64,000 nucleotides of DNA, taken from NCBI RefSeq assembly GCF_001194135.2, contig NC_068982.1, positions 56,948,339 to 57,012,338 on the forward strand, given 5' to 3'. Each line of letters begins with the position of its first letter. Position 1 is the first letter of the stretch. The DNA comes from Octopus bimaculoides. Lineage: Eukaryota. A model generated the notes under the pieces. That model saw only the letters and a program-made list of their open reading frames with translations. It searched no databases and was not told where the DNA came from. Shown here piece after piece: positions 26,101 through 40,540 of this stretch. Position numbers and translations under genes: made by a program.

Positions 26101-26723
26101 TGGATCAAATGGAGATTTTACAACATATTTTTAAAGTAAATAATCTGAAATATGTGTATGTGTGTGTATGTATGTGTGCATGCGTACCTATGTGTGCGAG
26201 TATGTTTGGACATTCCTTCTTTCTAGTAATATCNNNNNNNNNNNNNNNNNNNNNNNNNNNNNNNNNNNNNNNNNNNNNNNNNNNNNNNNNNNNNNNNNNN
26301 NNNNNNNNNNNNNNNNNNNNNNNGTATGTGTGTATGTATGTGTATGTATGTGTATGTATGTATGTGTGTATGTATGTGTGTATGTATGTATGTATGTATG
26401 TATGTATGTGTGTATGTGTGTATGTATGTATGTGTATGTGTGTATATGTATGTATGTATGTGTATGTATGTATGTGTTTGTATGTGTATGTATGTGTATG
26501 TATGTGTGTATGTATGTGTGTATGTATGTGTGTATGTATGTATGTATGTATGTGTGCATGTATGTGTGTATGTATGTATGGGTGCATGTATGTGTGCATG
26601 TATGTGTGTATGTATGTGTGTATGTGTGTGTATGTATGTGTGCATGCGTACCTATGTGTGCGAGTATGTTTGGACATTCCTTCTTTCTAGTAATATCCTT
26701 TCTGTTAACATTAAAGACTACTA

Positions 26724-26840
26724 AGGCAGTGACCTGAAAGAATCGTTAGCGCGCCGAGGAAAAAGACCTAGCGGCATTTCATCCGTCTTTACGCTCAGAG
26801 TTAAAATTCTGCCAAGGTCGACTTTGCTTTCATCCTTCAT
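26724..26840 (+). mobile_element. SINE family B, 3'-truncated
   Basis: GAATCGTTAGCGCGCCG head to GTCGACTTTGCTTTCATCCTT. Confidence 0.8.
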
Positions 26841-26893
26841 TGTGTATTAGTTATAGGGATGAGATTTTTAAATCCCAAGTAAGGTTAATTTAA

Positions 26894-27608
26894 TCATTGT
26901 TTGTTAAGAGTGGGTTTGAATTTCTTAATAAAGTCCTTTTCTCTTAATTTCATTTAAGTTGTAAAGTTTATGGAATGGAAATATCAAAAAAGTTTTTCGA
27001 CCACATGTTGCCAGATGGTTACTCAGTGGTATTTGGCGGACCTCTGGGTTTTTAATCTGTTGTCGATGCACACGTGAGCGTTCCGATAGTTCATTACCTG
27101 TCTGGCCAGCGTACAGTTCTTCACAATTTGGGCATTTGATGCAGTAGATTAGATTTCTACTTCTGCAGTTCATGTTCGAATTGGTGAATATTTTCCCTGT
27201 TTTTGTGTTCATATATGGTCCGGTATGAATTGATTGGCATGTACCGCATCGGCTATCATTGTATTTGGACACAGTGAATGTTTGATTTTTGTTGCTGAGG
27301 TCAAACCTTGCCTTTGTTAATAACTTTTTCAAGTTTTTAGGTTGTCTCTTACTGAGAGTTATACTTTGATCTGTAATGATATTTCTCAATTCCTTATTTT
27401 GTGCAAGGATCGGTAAGTTCGCTTTAGCGATATTGAAGATGTTCTGGTGGCATGGATTTTGTGTCACTATAAATGGTATGATTTTTTCCTGTTTTTTTCT
27501 TCTTTGCGGTGTCCTCAGTTGTTGTATGGGTATTTTCGAAGCCCGCTGAATACCATTTTCTATGAGTAGTGACGGGTATTTTTGTTTGAGCAGAAATTCT
27601 TTCAGTTC
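26894..27608 (-). mobile_element. Penelope-like element (Neptune-like) ORF fragment: RT thumb, linker and GIY-YIG endonuclease
   Basis: KYPSLLIENGIQRA (thumb), RQPKNLKKLL, CGTC, NCRSRNLIYCIKCPNCEELYAGQT (GIY-YIG with Cys motifs), RVHRQQI. One missing base near 26935 hides the natural end EKDFIKKFKPTLNKQ* (TGA at 26894-26896). The listed start ATG comes from the adjacent (TA)n. Confidence 0.92.
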
Positions 27609-27610
27609 CA

Positions 27611-27850
27611 TATATATATATATATATGTGTGTGTGTGTATGTATTTGTGTCTGTGTTTCTCCCCTTTCCATCATCGTTTGACAATCGATGTTGGTGTGT
27701 TTACGTCCCCGTAACATAGCGGCTCGGCAACAGAGACCCAATAGAATAAGTACTACGCTTACAAAGAATAGGTCCTGGGGTCGATTTGTTCGACTAGAGG
27801 TGGTGCTCCAACATGGCCACAGTCAAATGACTGAAACAAATAAAAGAAAA
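27611..27850 (+). mobile_element. SINE family A, 3' half, abutting the Penelope fragment
   Basis: (TA)n(TG)n followed by the family A 3' body to ATGACTGAAACAAATAAAAG. Confidence 0.88.
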
Positions 27851-28989
27851 AATTATAATCAGAATGCGACTACATCATCGTAAATACACCCATACGTAGA
27901 AAAGTAACATCTACATCCACTACATGAGTGCAAGTACTTCAAGAATTTGTATCCATTGACAAAAGACTTGCTACTTTGTTGCTCGTCGGTTGTTCTGCGA
28001 AGAGAAAGCTTCAATTTCGAAAAGAAGCTGACATACATGCATGCATATATAAACGTTCAAATTTATATACGTATGTACGTATGTACATTACGTTTTTGGC
28101 ACCGTATAGGACTGTTAAAAATGTATGATTAAAAATCTAGAAATATGCCAACTTCACAGCCTAAAATCGTAAGTGCTTTTTGTCTGTAAGAGAAGCACCT
28201 CTTACTCAACTACTTATCGTTGATAAGACGGAATTAAATAAAATACTTCTCGCCGAGCGGAATTTCAGTTTGAATATTATGTCAGATTGTGATAGGAACG
28301 CAACACTTATAGTCTTACCAAATCTGTGAGCTACGGGGGACGGCGTAAGTATTGCGATCACTTCATTTGGTTGTTTACATTATATATAACACGAAACAGA
28401 GATAAAACGTGCGGGCGCGAGATAGATAGATAGATACAGACAAAGGGCAGATGGAAGTTAGAGACACAGAATATATACAAAAAGAAGGAAAGGTTGTGAC
28501 GGGCAGAGACACGCAACTTTCGTGCCATCTTTTTTTAACACAGGTTCGCTTCTCAACAACAAGAAAAAATAATGGATAAAGCAAGAAAAGATATTCTGTT
28601 TGATGGAAAGTGCTCTCACCCAATATCTCCAGACACTAATATCCTTAAAAGAAGACACTTAAAATCTTTTACTTTAGTTGGCTGACCTCGTTTTTCCTAC
28701 TCTGTTATTTTACACTTTCTTTTAACTCCTATCTTTCGGCCTTTCTCCCCTTCTTTATTTCGTTAATTTTTTCCCCTTGTGTTTTTCTTTCGTTCCGCAT
28801 TTTTCTCTCTTGCTTTCCTTCTTTTATTCGTTTTTATCTGAAACTATAGTCGCTTTTTGCGAGTAACAGTGAAAGCGGGAGAAAAAGATAATTAGAGGGA
28901 GGTAGAGTGGAGACATTCACATTTTTTTTTCATTTCATCTCTTAAAATAAGGTTGAAATTTACAGGAACGAAAACAAAATTTACTTTTG

Positions 28990-30290
28990 TCCAAATTATT
29001 TAGGGAGAGACGACAATGCTGCGTGACAAAGGAAAGCAAGTCTCCTGTCTCTGGTTCATGAAACCAGAACTGTTAGACAGCAGTGTCTTTTTTTCTTTTG
29101 CTGACCCAGTGCTATTGCCATGCTGTAACATTCTCTCACCTTTCATAACTTGCTAGGCACCGTTCGATTTTATTATGTGATAAAACAAAAAGAAAAAAGA
29201 AAAAAAGCTAGCTTTTTTACGGAACTGATTCAAGGTGACAAAACAGTTAGTTCTTTATGAATATCAACTGTTGACAGGTTCAGAAACGATTGATTTTCTT
29301 AGAGATAGAATATACTTTTTTGAATCTTCATGTGTTAAGTGTAGATCTCCAAGAAACGAGGAAGACTGAAAAATATAATGAGGATGAAAGCTAATTCTGA
29401 AGCACATTATTTAAAAATAAATATTGTCAAAGCAGGTGGACCTGGATTACTCAGAAAAGTTTTATATTCGGCCTTTCTTCATACATCATGATGAGGGAAG
29501 TGGAGTGGAAGAGAAGTATTTGAGGGACTTTCTCTCTTTTTATATGAAAAATGGTGATGGAAGCAAAACTACTCGAGATTCAGCGTCTTTTTATCTTCAA
29601 GGTAAAAAGTAAAATTATTTGGTGTTTGGTGGGTAGGAAGATTTTTGCAAACATAGTACAAACCCCATTACCAAGGGACTAGAAAACTTGTTTGCAACGC
29701 GGGAGGTGAGAAAGCTTATCAGATGTACAACGCACGAAGACACCCTTTGATTTCCTGATGGTAATAAAGCATGTTTTGCGATAGTAATAAGCATGTGTTA
29801 TGATACTTCACTGTTAAAATTGTTAACTTACTTCCTTTCGGTATTGCTCGTTGTACCAGCAGCGGAATGTTTCACAGACAGGAACAGAAATCTAACACGT
29901 TGTACACTTGTGTCGTGTAGGGGTTCTGCAATATTACTGAGCTAAAATGTTTTGATGTTCTTGAAGAAGCTTTGTCTTAAGAACACTAGTTTTGCGAAGC
30001 TCAGAGACAGGCAAGCAACGTTTTTGGTTATCAATCTCACTATTCCAGAAACATGTCATGAAATTTCCACCTGATTCATGTGTGTATACGTTTCCAACTG
30101 CAACATACACGTGTGAGAAAATTTTCTTCAAAGTAATGCGAATTACAACGAAGTTTTTTAATGGGGAATTAGAAGAAAATTGGAGGCTTCATTTGCAGAT
30201 TGTGTATCAAGGGTTAAGTCGGTCTTGCGGACTCCGTCCATTTTTAGACGATTCACTACGAGTAAAAATCACTCAATAGGAAATGGGTGG
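28990..30290 (-). mobile_element. Highly decayed CR1/Jockey-like LINE (probable endonuclease-to-RT region)
   Basis: Ordered RT remnants across frameshifts: GPPALTIFIFK*CASELAFIL (cf. GPD.I...LK.CA.ELA..L), KVYSISKK..EPVN (cf. V.PI.KK..DP.NY), SMAIALG (cf. A+ALD), FLCH-RSIVV (cf. FL.DRSI.V). The part above 29460 is only weakly supported. Confidence 0.55.
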
Positions 30291-30376
30291 AATTGGTGTT
30301 GGACCCATATTGCAGTGGTTGGTTTGTTAGATTACAACTACCTTATGTAGCCTCACGTTAATAATTGATAAAGAGC

Positions 30377-30963
<587 letters not shown>

Positions 30964-31094
30964 GTAGATTGACAAGTTTATTTTTTAACCTGTGGAAGAC
31001 ACACGAAATGTTGAAATATTGTTCATTTGATAACAATGGCACTTTTCTTTATTTGCTTCTATACTTTCTGGAGGAGTAACCTCAATCCTATAAA

Positions 31095-31184
<90 letters not shown>

Positions 31185-31187
31185 GTA

Positions 31188-31414
31188 TGGCGGTGAGCTG
31201 GCCGAATCGTTAGTACGCCGGACAAATTCATAACGGAGTTTCGTCGGTCGTTACGATCCGAATTCAAATCCCACCAAGGTCAACTTTTCCTTACATTCTT
31301 TCGAGGTCAATGAAATAAGTACCAGTTGAGTAGTGGAGTCGATATAATCGACTAATCCTCTGCAACTCACCTAAAATTTCAGGCCTTTTGCCTATGTAAG
31401 AAAGGATTATTATC
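31188..31414 (+). mobile_element. SINE family B copy following (ATT)n(GTT)n
   Basis: GGCGGTGAGCTGGCCGAATCGTTAG head; AAAGGATTATTAT tail. Confidence 0.88.
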
Positions 31415-31839
31415 AATTGTGTATGCTGGTAATTTGTAATTAATGTGTCAATATTTCAACTAATTCTAATTATGACCAATGTCTTTCTGTGTCACGCATA
31501 CTCACAGCCACTTGATATCTTGGGATTACGTGAGGTTTGGAAGTCATGCTTTTGACTACAAAATGACTGACATAAAAAAGATAAAATCGTAGTTAACGGA
31601 AAGCTGTCGCATGATGACAAGTATTTTTTCCTCTTGATAGAAAATAGTTTTGACGTAAAAAAAAAAAACCGTTGCTGAAATCATAATGAAAATAATAATT
31701 TTAGAAGGTTTGGTATAATGGAACTCATAAAAATATACCCCATTCTTTAAGGACATAAAAAATAAACAACACACTCTAATAAAATATACTTAAGGAAAAA
31801 TTGTTTTAAATGTCATGCTATTATGAAACAATGTATCTT

Positions 31840-32350
31840 ACCGAACCTATTATCCGGCAAATTTGGAACCGGAAGTGTCACAGATTCTGAATTATCCGGC
31901 TTTCTAGAAAGTGCCTAAATATTTGCTTGAAATATAAAATAAGCTGTGTAGAGTAAAGAGCTAAATTATATTGAGCAGAGATTCAAATGAATACACTTGA
32001 AACGCCGGGTCTGATTGATATTTATTAATCCACTTAAAATTATTAAAATACATCATATCGTACCCTATATACAGTACAATATTTAAAGGATGAAAATTAA
32101 ATGAAGCAAAGAACATGATTTTATTTAACCGATACATGTGCAAATTGATTCTAAAGAAGAATATGCCTAAGCTTTATTAATCTACATAAAGCATTAATGA
32201 ACGAAATTATTCTTCATACCGTACGCAAATTAACCAATTTCAAAAACTTGGTTTATTTTTGTCAATACAAGTAAAAGAATATTACACTATATTGCCGGTA
32301 TTGTACAGAATTTTCGGATTTCTGGAAGCCGGATAAGAGATCTAGTAGTG
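31840..32350. mobile_element. Possible pogo/Tigger-type MITE
   Basis: Inverted TTATCCGGC motifs near both ends (31850-31858 and 32328-32336), a further copy at about 31892, and an AT-rich interior; the full TIRs cannot be resolved. Confidence 0.35.
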
Positions 32351-33959
32351 CATTTAGGTATCGCAAGACAAGTTATGTGGTAATGGAAAACAGCTTAAAG
32401 CTCTAGGTAAACAGACCGGTTTGCAGGTTGAAATCCATAGGTTTCGATTAATAACAGCAACATAGAATAAATATTTGAATATAGTGATTGATGTTTGATT
32501 GGTTAAAATAGTCATCTGACAACAGCCATATGCCACCATTTTAGAGGGAGAGAGAGAGAGAGAGAAACAAGGAGAGAGAAAAAGAGGGAGAGAAAGAGAG
32601 AAGAGAGGGAGATTGAAAGAGAGGGAGAGAGCTATTTATGTATTGTTTTCACTTTTTGTGTTGATACTTTATTTCCTTTTTGGCTTCACCCTTTAGTTCA
32701 CGATATGAATATTTGTGTGTGTATGCATAGATAGATCCCTCTATACAAGCATGCATGCATACATAGATGCACAGACACACACATTTATATACATACACAA
32801 TATATATACACACACACACGTACGTACATGTGTGCATATATGAATATACAAACATAAGAACAAAGATTTACTCCATCAATCATGTAATCACAGAAACTCT
32901 AAAGCTTTCATGCAAAGGACACTCGCAGTAGTATAATAGATAACACACAGAATTGCATACGCAGTACATAATGTGATTTTTACACAAACACACACGCACA
33001 CACAGATATTCATCTATGCATGCTTATATATATATATATATTCATTCGCTTTTCTCGTAGTCAGAATTAGATACGGATACAACCATAAATGTCACAGATC
33101 ATTACATATTAGCAACACCAACAGCAGGAAGAACAGCAACAATAATGAAACAAATGCACTACCATTAACTTCAACAATACCATCAAAAACTGCAGCTGCA
33201 AGCAGCAGCAGCAGAAGTAAAAATTACAGCAGCCACAGTAATACCTTCACTATTTCTATGAACATGACAAGAACAACTATCACCACCAGCACCAGCACCA
33301 GCACCAGCACCAGTACTACCACCACCACCACCACCGCCGCCGCCGACAACACAATCATGGCTGCACTACTAACAAAATCCTATAACTATATTCTTCACCA
33401 CAATCATTACGAAAACACTAAGACTACCTACAAAATAATTATCCCAAACAGACCACCACTACCATCATCTACACCAGTGCTCCACAACCGGTATGCCACA
33501 GCAAACTGGTGTAGCACGGGACGAAGCTAGGTGTACCGCTGTGTAAACTGAATATAATTTTAGTAATATTTTTAGTCCAGGTGTACTTCCGAATTTCGAA
33601 AAGAATATGTGAAACGCAAATGAAAAAAGGGTTGCGGAGCATTGATCCATAAACCACAACACTGCCTACAACGAACATTACCATCACAACTATCACAATT
33701 ACTACTATGAACTTCACCTCCTTATCACTATATAACCACCGGTATTGCGACTTACCACCACCAATACTACAAACACTACCACCACCTGTAACTACACTAT
33801 GATCTTCATTACCCAAGAACGAGTATGATTTGGTAACGTGTATCATGCTTTCGCTGATTGTTTTAGGTGCTTATGTAGTCGCCAGTAGACATAGATACCA
33901 TCACAACTCTCCTCCATTTGACCCAGGGGCACATACAGGATGAAACAGCTTGAGGGAGA

Positions 33960-34130
33960 AAGAGTGAGAGCTGCGCCAGCACTCGGCTGGTATTCATTTT
34001 CAGATTAGTAGACTACAGCAATGTGAAGTGAAACACCTTGCTCAAAGACCTTATGCACTGCACGATCCAGCAATTGAATCTACGACTGTACAGTTGTTAG
34101 CCGAGTATCCTAACGGCTAGGTTACGCCCC
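33960..34130 (-). mobile_element. Decayed family D SINE head
   Basis: CAATGTGAAGTGAAACACCTTGCTCAAAG resembles CAATGTGAAATAAAATATCTTACTCAAG at 55281-55308. Confidence 0.55.
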
Positions 34131-34413
34131 TTCAACACTACAATCATTATAGAAACAGCTGTTGGGCTATCGAAGAAGCCACTTCGTGTAAGCAATAACA
34201 GCCAGATTGTTCTCGAATTGCGCCATACCATCTTAATAAAATAACGAATAGAAAGACGAGATTAAACTGGCTGGAAAACCTTTACTAAGCCGACCTGACT
34301 TCAACTGATCTGAGATTAAACAGCAACTGCTACAACACAGCTCCACTCATCATCAGCACATCAATGACTGACATTAATACTGCTTCCGACAAGAACAACA
34401 TTATTCGTGCTGT

Positions 34414-34626
34414 TATAGGCACAAAGCCTGACATTTTGTAGGGGGGGGATCTAGTCCATTACATTGACCTCAGTGCTCTACTGATACTTATTTTTATCGA
34501 CTCCTGAAAAATAGAAATGAATGACAAAGTCGACCTCAGCTGCATTTGAACTCAGAACGTAAAAACCAGAACCAATACCGTCATATAATTTGTTCGGCTT
34601 GCTAACGATTCCGCCAGCTCACCACG
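34414..34626 (-). mobile_element. SINE family B copy
   Basis: Reverse-complement family B motifs ending GCTAACGATTCCGCCAGCTCACC. Confidence 0.85.
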
Positions 34627-34908
34627 TTCAGTATATTCGTTACTAACAGTTGATGACATTCACTCAACACAGGCCTTACGGCTGTAGACTACACTCATCA
34701 CAAAACTGCTGAGTTGTAATTTCTTCAACCCATCGATGACATAATATACACTAATTTTCCTGCGCAAGATGATAGAAGTAATTTTTGGTGGTGATAGTGT
34801 GCTGACGGCGAAAAAGTTGTGACAGTTGTAGTAGTGGTGGTGGTGGTGGTGGTGACGGTGATAATATTAATTACCATTATGATGATGATGATGACATTGA
34901 TGATAATC

Positions 34909-34957
<49 letters not shown>

Positions 34958-36701
34958 CAGTGAGGTTGATGATGACGATGATGAAGATGGTAATGACGCC
35001 GAGAATGTCAGCAATGAGGACCATGAAGATGATGACAAAGGCTGGGGGAAGAGGAGAGGATGACAAAGAGTAGGAGGGGAGGGTGATGAAAAGGAGGAAG
35101 AGAGGAAGAGAAAAGTGATGAAAATGGTAATGACGGCGAGAATGTTTGCGACGATGACGATGATAATGACGACAATGACTGAACAGATCTATGATTAAGA
35201 CGTTCTGACCATGACCACCTCTTTTTATTTTAAAGTATTCTATCTAGGATTATGTATTTCTATGTGTAATATACAAGGATTTTTGGATTACACTGTATAT
35301 TTTTTAAGTCAGTTAGATATGATTTGAGGGAGATTTGACTGCTAATTCTAGCAGATTGAGGTGCTCAACTGTTGGGTCATGCTGTTGTTAAGCCTTTGGT
35401 CAGTCTTGATCGAATTAATTTTGGTCAAGCGCATTCCGGCCATGATCATTCAAACTTACTTATATTTTTAGGATGTTAGAATTTCATTTGAGGGAGACGT
35501 GATTGTCATTTCTAGCTGGTAGAGTGATCATGTAAAGGCTCACTTGCTGGCTTGTGATAAAAGTGGTGGTGATGTTGGCAGTGGTGATGGTAGCAGTACT
35601 GATGGTGGTAGTGGTGATAGTGGCAGTGGTGATGGTGGTAGTGGTGGTAGTGGTGATGGTGGTGGTTTTCTGGATGGTCGTCGGATTATTTGTTGTTTTT
35701 TCTGATGATGTTAAAACTATTAGTAATAGTAGTGGTGGTGGCAGTGTTGGCTGTGTTGATGGTGGTGGCGATGCGGATGCGGATGAAGCAGAGTTAGTGG
35801 CTAGGGTGGTTCTAGTCTTGATATCGGTGATGGAGTCGAGACGGCTTCTAATTAGTGTTTATGGAGTCGGTAAAAACGGTAGCAGCGATGGTGGTAATAT
35901 TGCTGTTATTATCCTCCTTGCTGTTGTTCGTGGTGATGGTGCACGATAGGTGAGGTGGCTGTTGTTGTTGTTGTTGTTCGTGATGGTAGCGAATCTAATG
36001 GCGATGAAAGATGGTGCTGTCTGGCAAAATGGCTAAACAATATCTGTCGAAAACACAAATTCGTTGTTGGCTCAACTAATTTGGATGATAGGGAAGACAC
36101 AGAGAACTGGGAGGAAACCAAAATACACAAAACAATGAAAATAAAATTAAAAATAAAAATAAAAATATAAGACGATGAAAACTTGAAGAAAACGCAAAAC
36201 AACAAGTTGTAAAAAAACACGACGAAAACAAAAGAAAAAAACAACATTAATAACAAACGAAAATAAACAAAATTTCTGTTGCCGCTACTGAAGATGGTGC
36301 TATTGTTGCTGTTACTGTTCATGTGTGCGAATTCATTCACATGACAAGCAACGTATGTGTCTTCCTCCTCCACAAATGTTCACCCTTTCTCTTCTCCATT
36401 TTCCATCGTCACGACGACCACCAATATCACAAACATCATCAGCACCACTACTACTGCCACCTACATCACCATTACAATCACAATCACACAGCTTACAAAC
36501 AAAAAACACAAACACAAACACAAAAGCAACCACAAAACAAAACTGCCAACACCCACAAGATAGTTGTCCCCACGACCAACATAAACACAGTCACTACATA
36601 CAGCCTGTATGTAGTCACTCATCCAGCTAGAAATAGCAGTTAAATCTCTTTCAAACCATATCTTAGAATTTTCAACAAAGAAAAACAACAAAAACACTAT
36701 G

Positions 36702-37190
<489 letters not shown>

Positions 37191-37437
37191 AGAGTTCTGT
37201 AAACGTTTAAAGGCGGAATCATTACAGCTGGAAAGCTTTTGATCATAGGAGCTTCCAGTCGGGATGATTGCACAAAAGTGTCAAGGCGACTGGAGAACTC
37301 GTGCTTCATCGGAAACACTTTCATTGTAGTATCATCAATGCGCTGCCGGTGCACGAGGCATGATGACGACGATTTGAGAAATGAAAGTGACAAGAAATAT
37401 TTGTTCTGTCTTATGTATATATATATATATATATATA

Positions 37438-37579
37438 TACTTATTCTTTATAAGCCTAGTTTTCATTCTATTGGGTGTCTTTTACCGAACCGCTAGTTTA
37501 CGGGGACATAAACAAACCAACATCGGTTGTTAAGCGATGGTGCGGGATTAACACAGACACAGACATATCTATCTATCTA
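37438..37579 (-). repeat. Near-identical inverted copy of 36963-37104
   Basis: 4 mismatches in about 141 bp, with shared private variants. Confidence 0.9.
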
Positions 37580-38289
37580 GCATGAAACGTGCGTACTGCA
37601 ATCACTTTTGAAATCCGTGTTGCTTATTGTTTNNNNNNNNNNNNNNNNNNNNNNNNNNNNNNNNNNNNNNNNNNNNNNNNNNNNNNNNNNNNNNNNNNNN
37701 NNNNNNNNNNNNNNNNNNNNNNNNNNNNNNNNNNNNNNNNNNNNNNNNNNNNNNNNNNNNNNNNNNNNNNNNNNNNNNNNNNNNNNTATATATATATATA
37801 TATGTATGTATGTATTTAGGCGGTGTTCCTGCATGGTCGCAGTTAAATGACTGAAACAAGTAAAAGAATAAAAGAATACACACACACACGCGTGAGTGTG
37901 CGCAAATGTGTGTATGATTACAAGTTTATATATATGGGTATATATATATACATAGGTTTATATATATGTAATCTCTCTTTATCGAAGTTTACTTACATAA
38001 TTGCAACGAACTGGTTTTCTCTTGCAACACAGAAATAGACACATATACGGAAAGAATTCCAAATCTTCATTAATCCGTCGGGTTTGCCTAAAATTCATTA
38101 TGTCAAACACGTGACTAATAAGAAAATATGTGAATGGGGATCACCTGTGACAAAGCAATGAGATTTTTCTTTATTATTGTATTTTTGTTCGTCTTATATG
38201 TCTAGTTATTTGATTCATACTGATGTAGTTATTTGCAATTTTTAGTTATTTATTATTTCGTTTTGTAGTTTCAACGAATTGATATTGCC

Positions 38290-39745
38290 GAGCCACAACT
38301 TGTGGTTTCTATTGAACTTCAGTTCATCGTCTAGTTACTAGACTCTAGTACAAGGAAAATTCTGTATCGTCTGTGCGAAATTTTTTCGGCTCTTCATATG
38401 TTCTTTCTTGGTAGTGAGAATTTTCCGGGTAATTTTGGTTGAGACATGTCAGCCTGTTTCCTCAACTACATTAACTCAGATATGCTTTCCGAGGTTTGTT
38501 CCGATATATTTTAAATGTTCCCAAGGCCTCAATGATAACCTCATGAACTTGCTAACTTCTCTGTTCTAGCACTTAATGATTTCATGCTTCGAGTTGGAAC
38601 ACCACTATATTTTCTGTTTCATTACTTTTTACTCCGGTGTCAAATAGGTAGGCCACGCTTCAAAATATAAATCCTAAAATTTCCACACCTTTTTGATATA
38701 AAAAAAAATATCAAAGTTTAAAATACGGAAATTCCAAATTTTTTTGCTTTAGTTCCAGCAATGGATTACCATTGGGTGCACCATGATTCCATTAAATGTG
38801 TTTATGAGGTAAAAAAATATTGAAAAATATCAACACATGTCAGAGTGCCAAAGAATCAAGGACGGTATCAAGTGGTTGTGAGATGTGCTAAATCACCCTA
38901 ACTCACACACACAGAATTTGCTTTTGCATCATCATATGAATTCCCGTATGTAGAATATAAATTAACATAAATTTTCTGAAAATTCTAAAAATAAAAATGA
39001 AAAATCGTTGAGTTTACCTTCTTTCCTTCAAAGTTTCGTTTCTTCTTTTTAGCAATTCCACGTTTTCTTTTCTTGAGTTTTACACATTCCGTAAACGGCT
39101 CTTCACTTATCTCCTTCAAGAGAGTTTTTCTTTCTCTTGTGGATAGAAACTTAGACTTATCATCTTTACTTCTACAACCCAGACGACACTCATTAACCCT
39201 CTTCTTTCTGTTTTAACTGATCCACTTCTAAATGGGGATATATGCTTGAATGCATTGTGTTGCTTCCTTGTTTTACTGTCGGTGTCCTTCAGTTTATCTT
39301 TTTCACTTCAGCAAATCCTGTTTAATTTCTTATCAGTGATACTACCCGCAATGGAAATATGATTGCACTTATGATACTTACCTCATTCAAGTAAGATCTC
39401 AAAATCTCTAATAAGCAAATTTTTTTTTATTTCTTTCATATGTACACATTTCATTTTGTAGCCTAGATATTCATAGTGAAGATGAATATCTAAGAATGCA
39501 TTTTCTCTACTCCCATATACATTCTGCATGTAATAATTTTATGCTCCCATCATTAGGTAGAAACTGCTCTAGTACCTTTCCCTATTTCATCTTCACCGCA
39601 TAGCACATTTCCCTTCGACAATGGTAATCCTAATATCGCTGCTAACTATTTTTAATGTTTGCACTAAGGAGTCCAATAGGTTCCTGTATTTGCCATAAAG
39701 TTTTAAATCCTTAATAAATAGGTGATTCCCTTTTCCTCTATTTTT
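38290..39745 (-). mobile_element. Decayed R4/Dong-like (restriction-like endonuclease clade) LINE
   Basis: Ordered motifs: NHLFIKDLKLYGK..LDSLVQTLKIVSSDI..KCAM (cf. NHLL+MDDLKLY...L.SL+QTV..FS.DI...KCA), YEYLG, ILRSYLNEVSIISAI, LKDTDSKTRK, RRGLMSV, and C-terminal VIIEALGT...TKITRKIL (cf. VIGALG...GTAKILRKVL). Confidence 0.75.
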
Positions 39746-40094
39746 TCCAATGTGCATCCTCCATCCCCTCATTATCATTATTATTGTTCATCATCGACTC
39801 TTTAACAGATTCGATGTTTCGAGACCAAAAATAAAATAATATACGTGTCTTCTTTGTCTCTATCTACATTTCTTTCTCTTTTGATAAAACTTTGAAACTG
39901 TTTTCTTTCACTCACCCTCATATTAAATATTTTAGGGATATAATCGAAATGCATATAGAATTAGGGCTAAATTAAAAATTGTACAGAATCTAGATACGGA
40001 CAAGAGTCATAGTCTACAAAATGTAAATCTAAAGTAAGTGAATGTTTCACTTATCATACTTAGCTAACTTACCTCAGTTCACAAACAAAGCTTT

Positions 40095-40540
40095 CAGGAT
40101 CATCGAAGTTGTGTAGAGGCTGTCAGAACTCTTATCAATGGACATCCAGCTTGCTGTAAAAATTGTATTCCAAAACGTAGGTACGAATTACAGTTAATCA
40201 ACAGAATAATACTCCCACTGTAGTATCAGTTTCGATAATTTGGAGTCAGTTGTTTTGTTTACTGAATTGTCTGAATTAGTTGGTATGTAACTGAATATTT
40301 CACAAAAGCGGGTAATCTGAACCTAATTCTGAGGAGAAATTGGTGTGGTACATTGTGCGACAAGGCTGTACCTTTGAACTGCAGGTAAAAATCTATCCCT
40401 TAGGCTTCCTCACAATCCCAACCCAAATAATTTCTCTCATAAGATTTGGGTTGGCCCAACGAGACGGCGAAAGGTACTTGCTCAGGATGCCTCGCATAAA
40501 TCTCTTTCAGAACCTTTTGATTCTGAAGTGAACTTAAACA
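40095..40540 (-). mobile_element. Decayed Gypsy (Mag/K02A2.6-like) integrase N-terminal fragment
   Basis: LQNQKVLKEIYARHP (cf. VLKELH.GHP), KSYERNY (cf. KSL.RSY), and a degenerate nucleotide match to RLHIDFAGP near 40100-40125. Confidence 0.5.

Larger units (their letters stand above)
33100..36600. repeat. Low-complexity trinucleotide region: (ACC/AAC), (GAT/GGT) and (GTT) tracts interleaved with SINE fragments
   Basis: Direct reading; source of the poly-T, poly-M, poly-I and poly-V ORFs. Confidence 0.9.

Noticed and set aside
26151-26697. About 80-bp exact direct repeat (26151-26233 and about 26615-26697)
   Set aside because: The first copy ends exactly at the N-gap; typical contig-end overlap artefact.
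32973-36373. ORFs with poly-T, poly-M, poly-I, poly-V or poly-S runs that look like low-complexity or membrane proteins
   Set aside because: Trinucleotide microsatellites lack stops in several frames on both strands; no domain or splice support.
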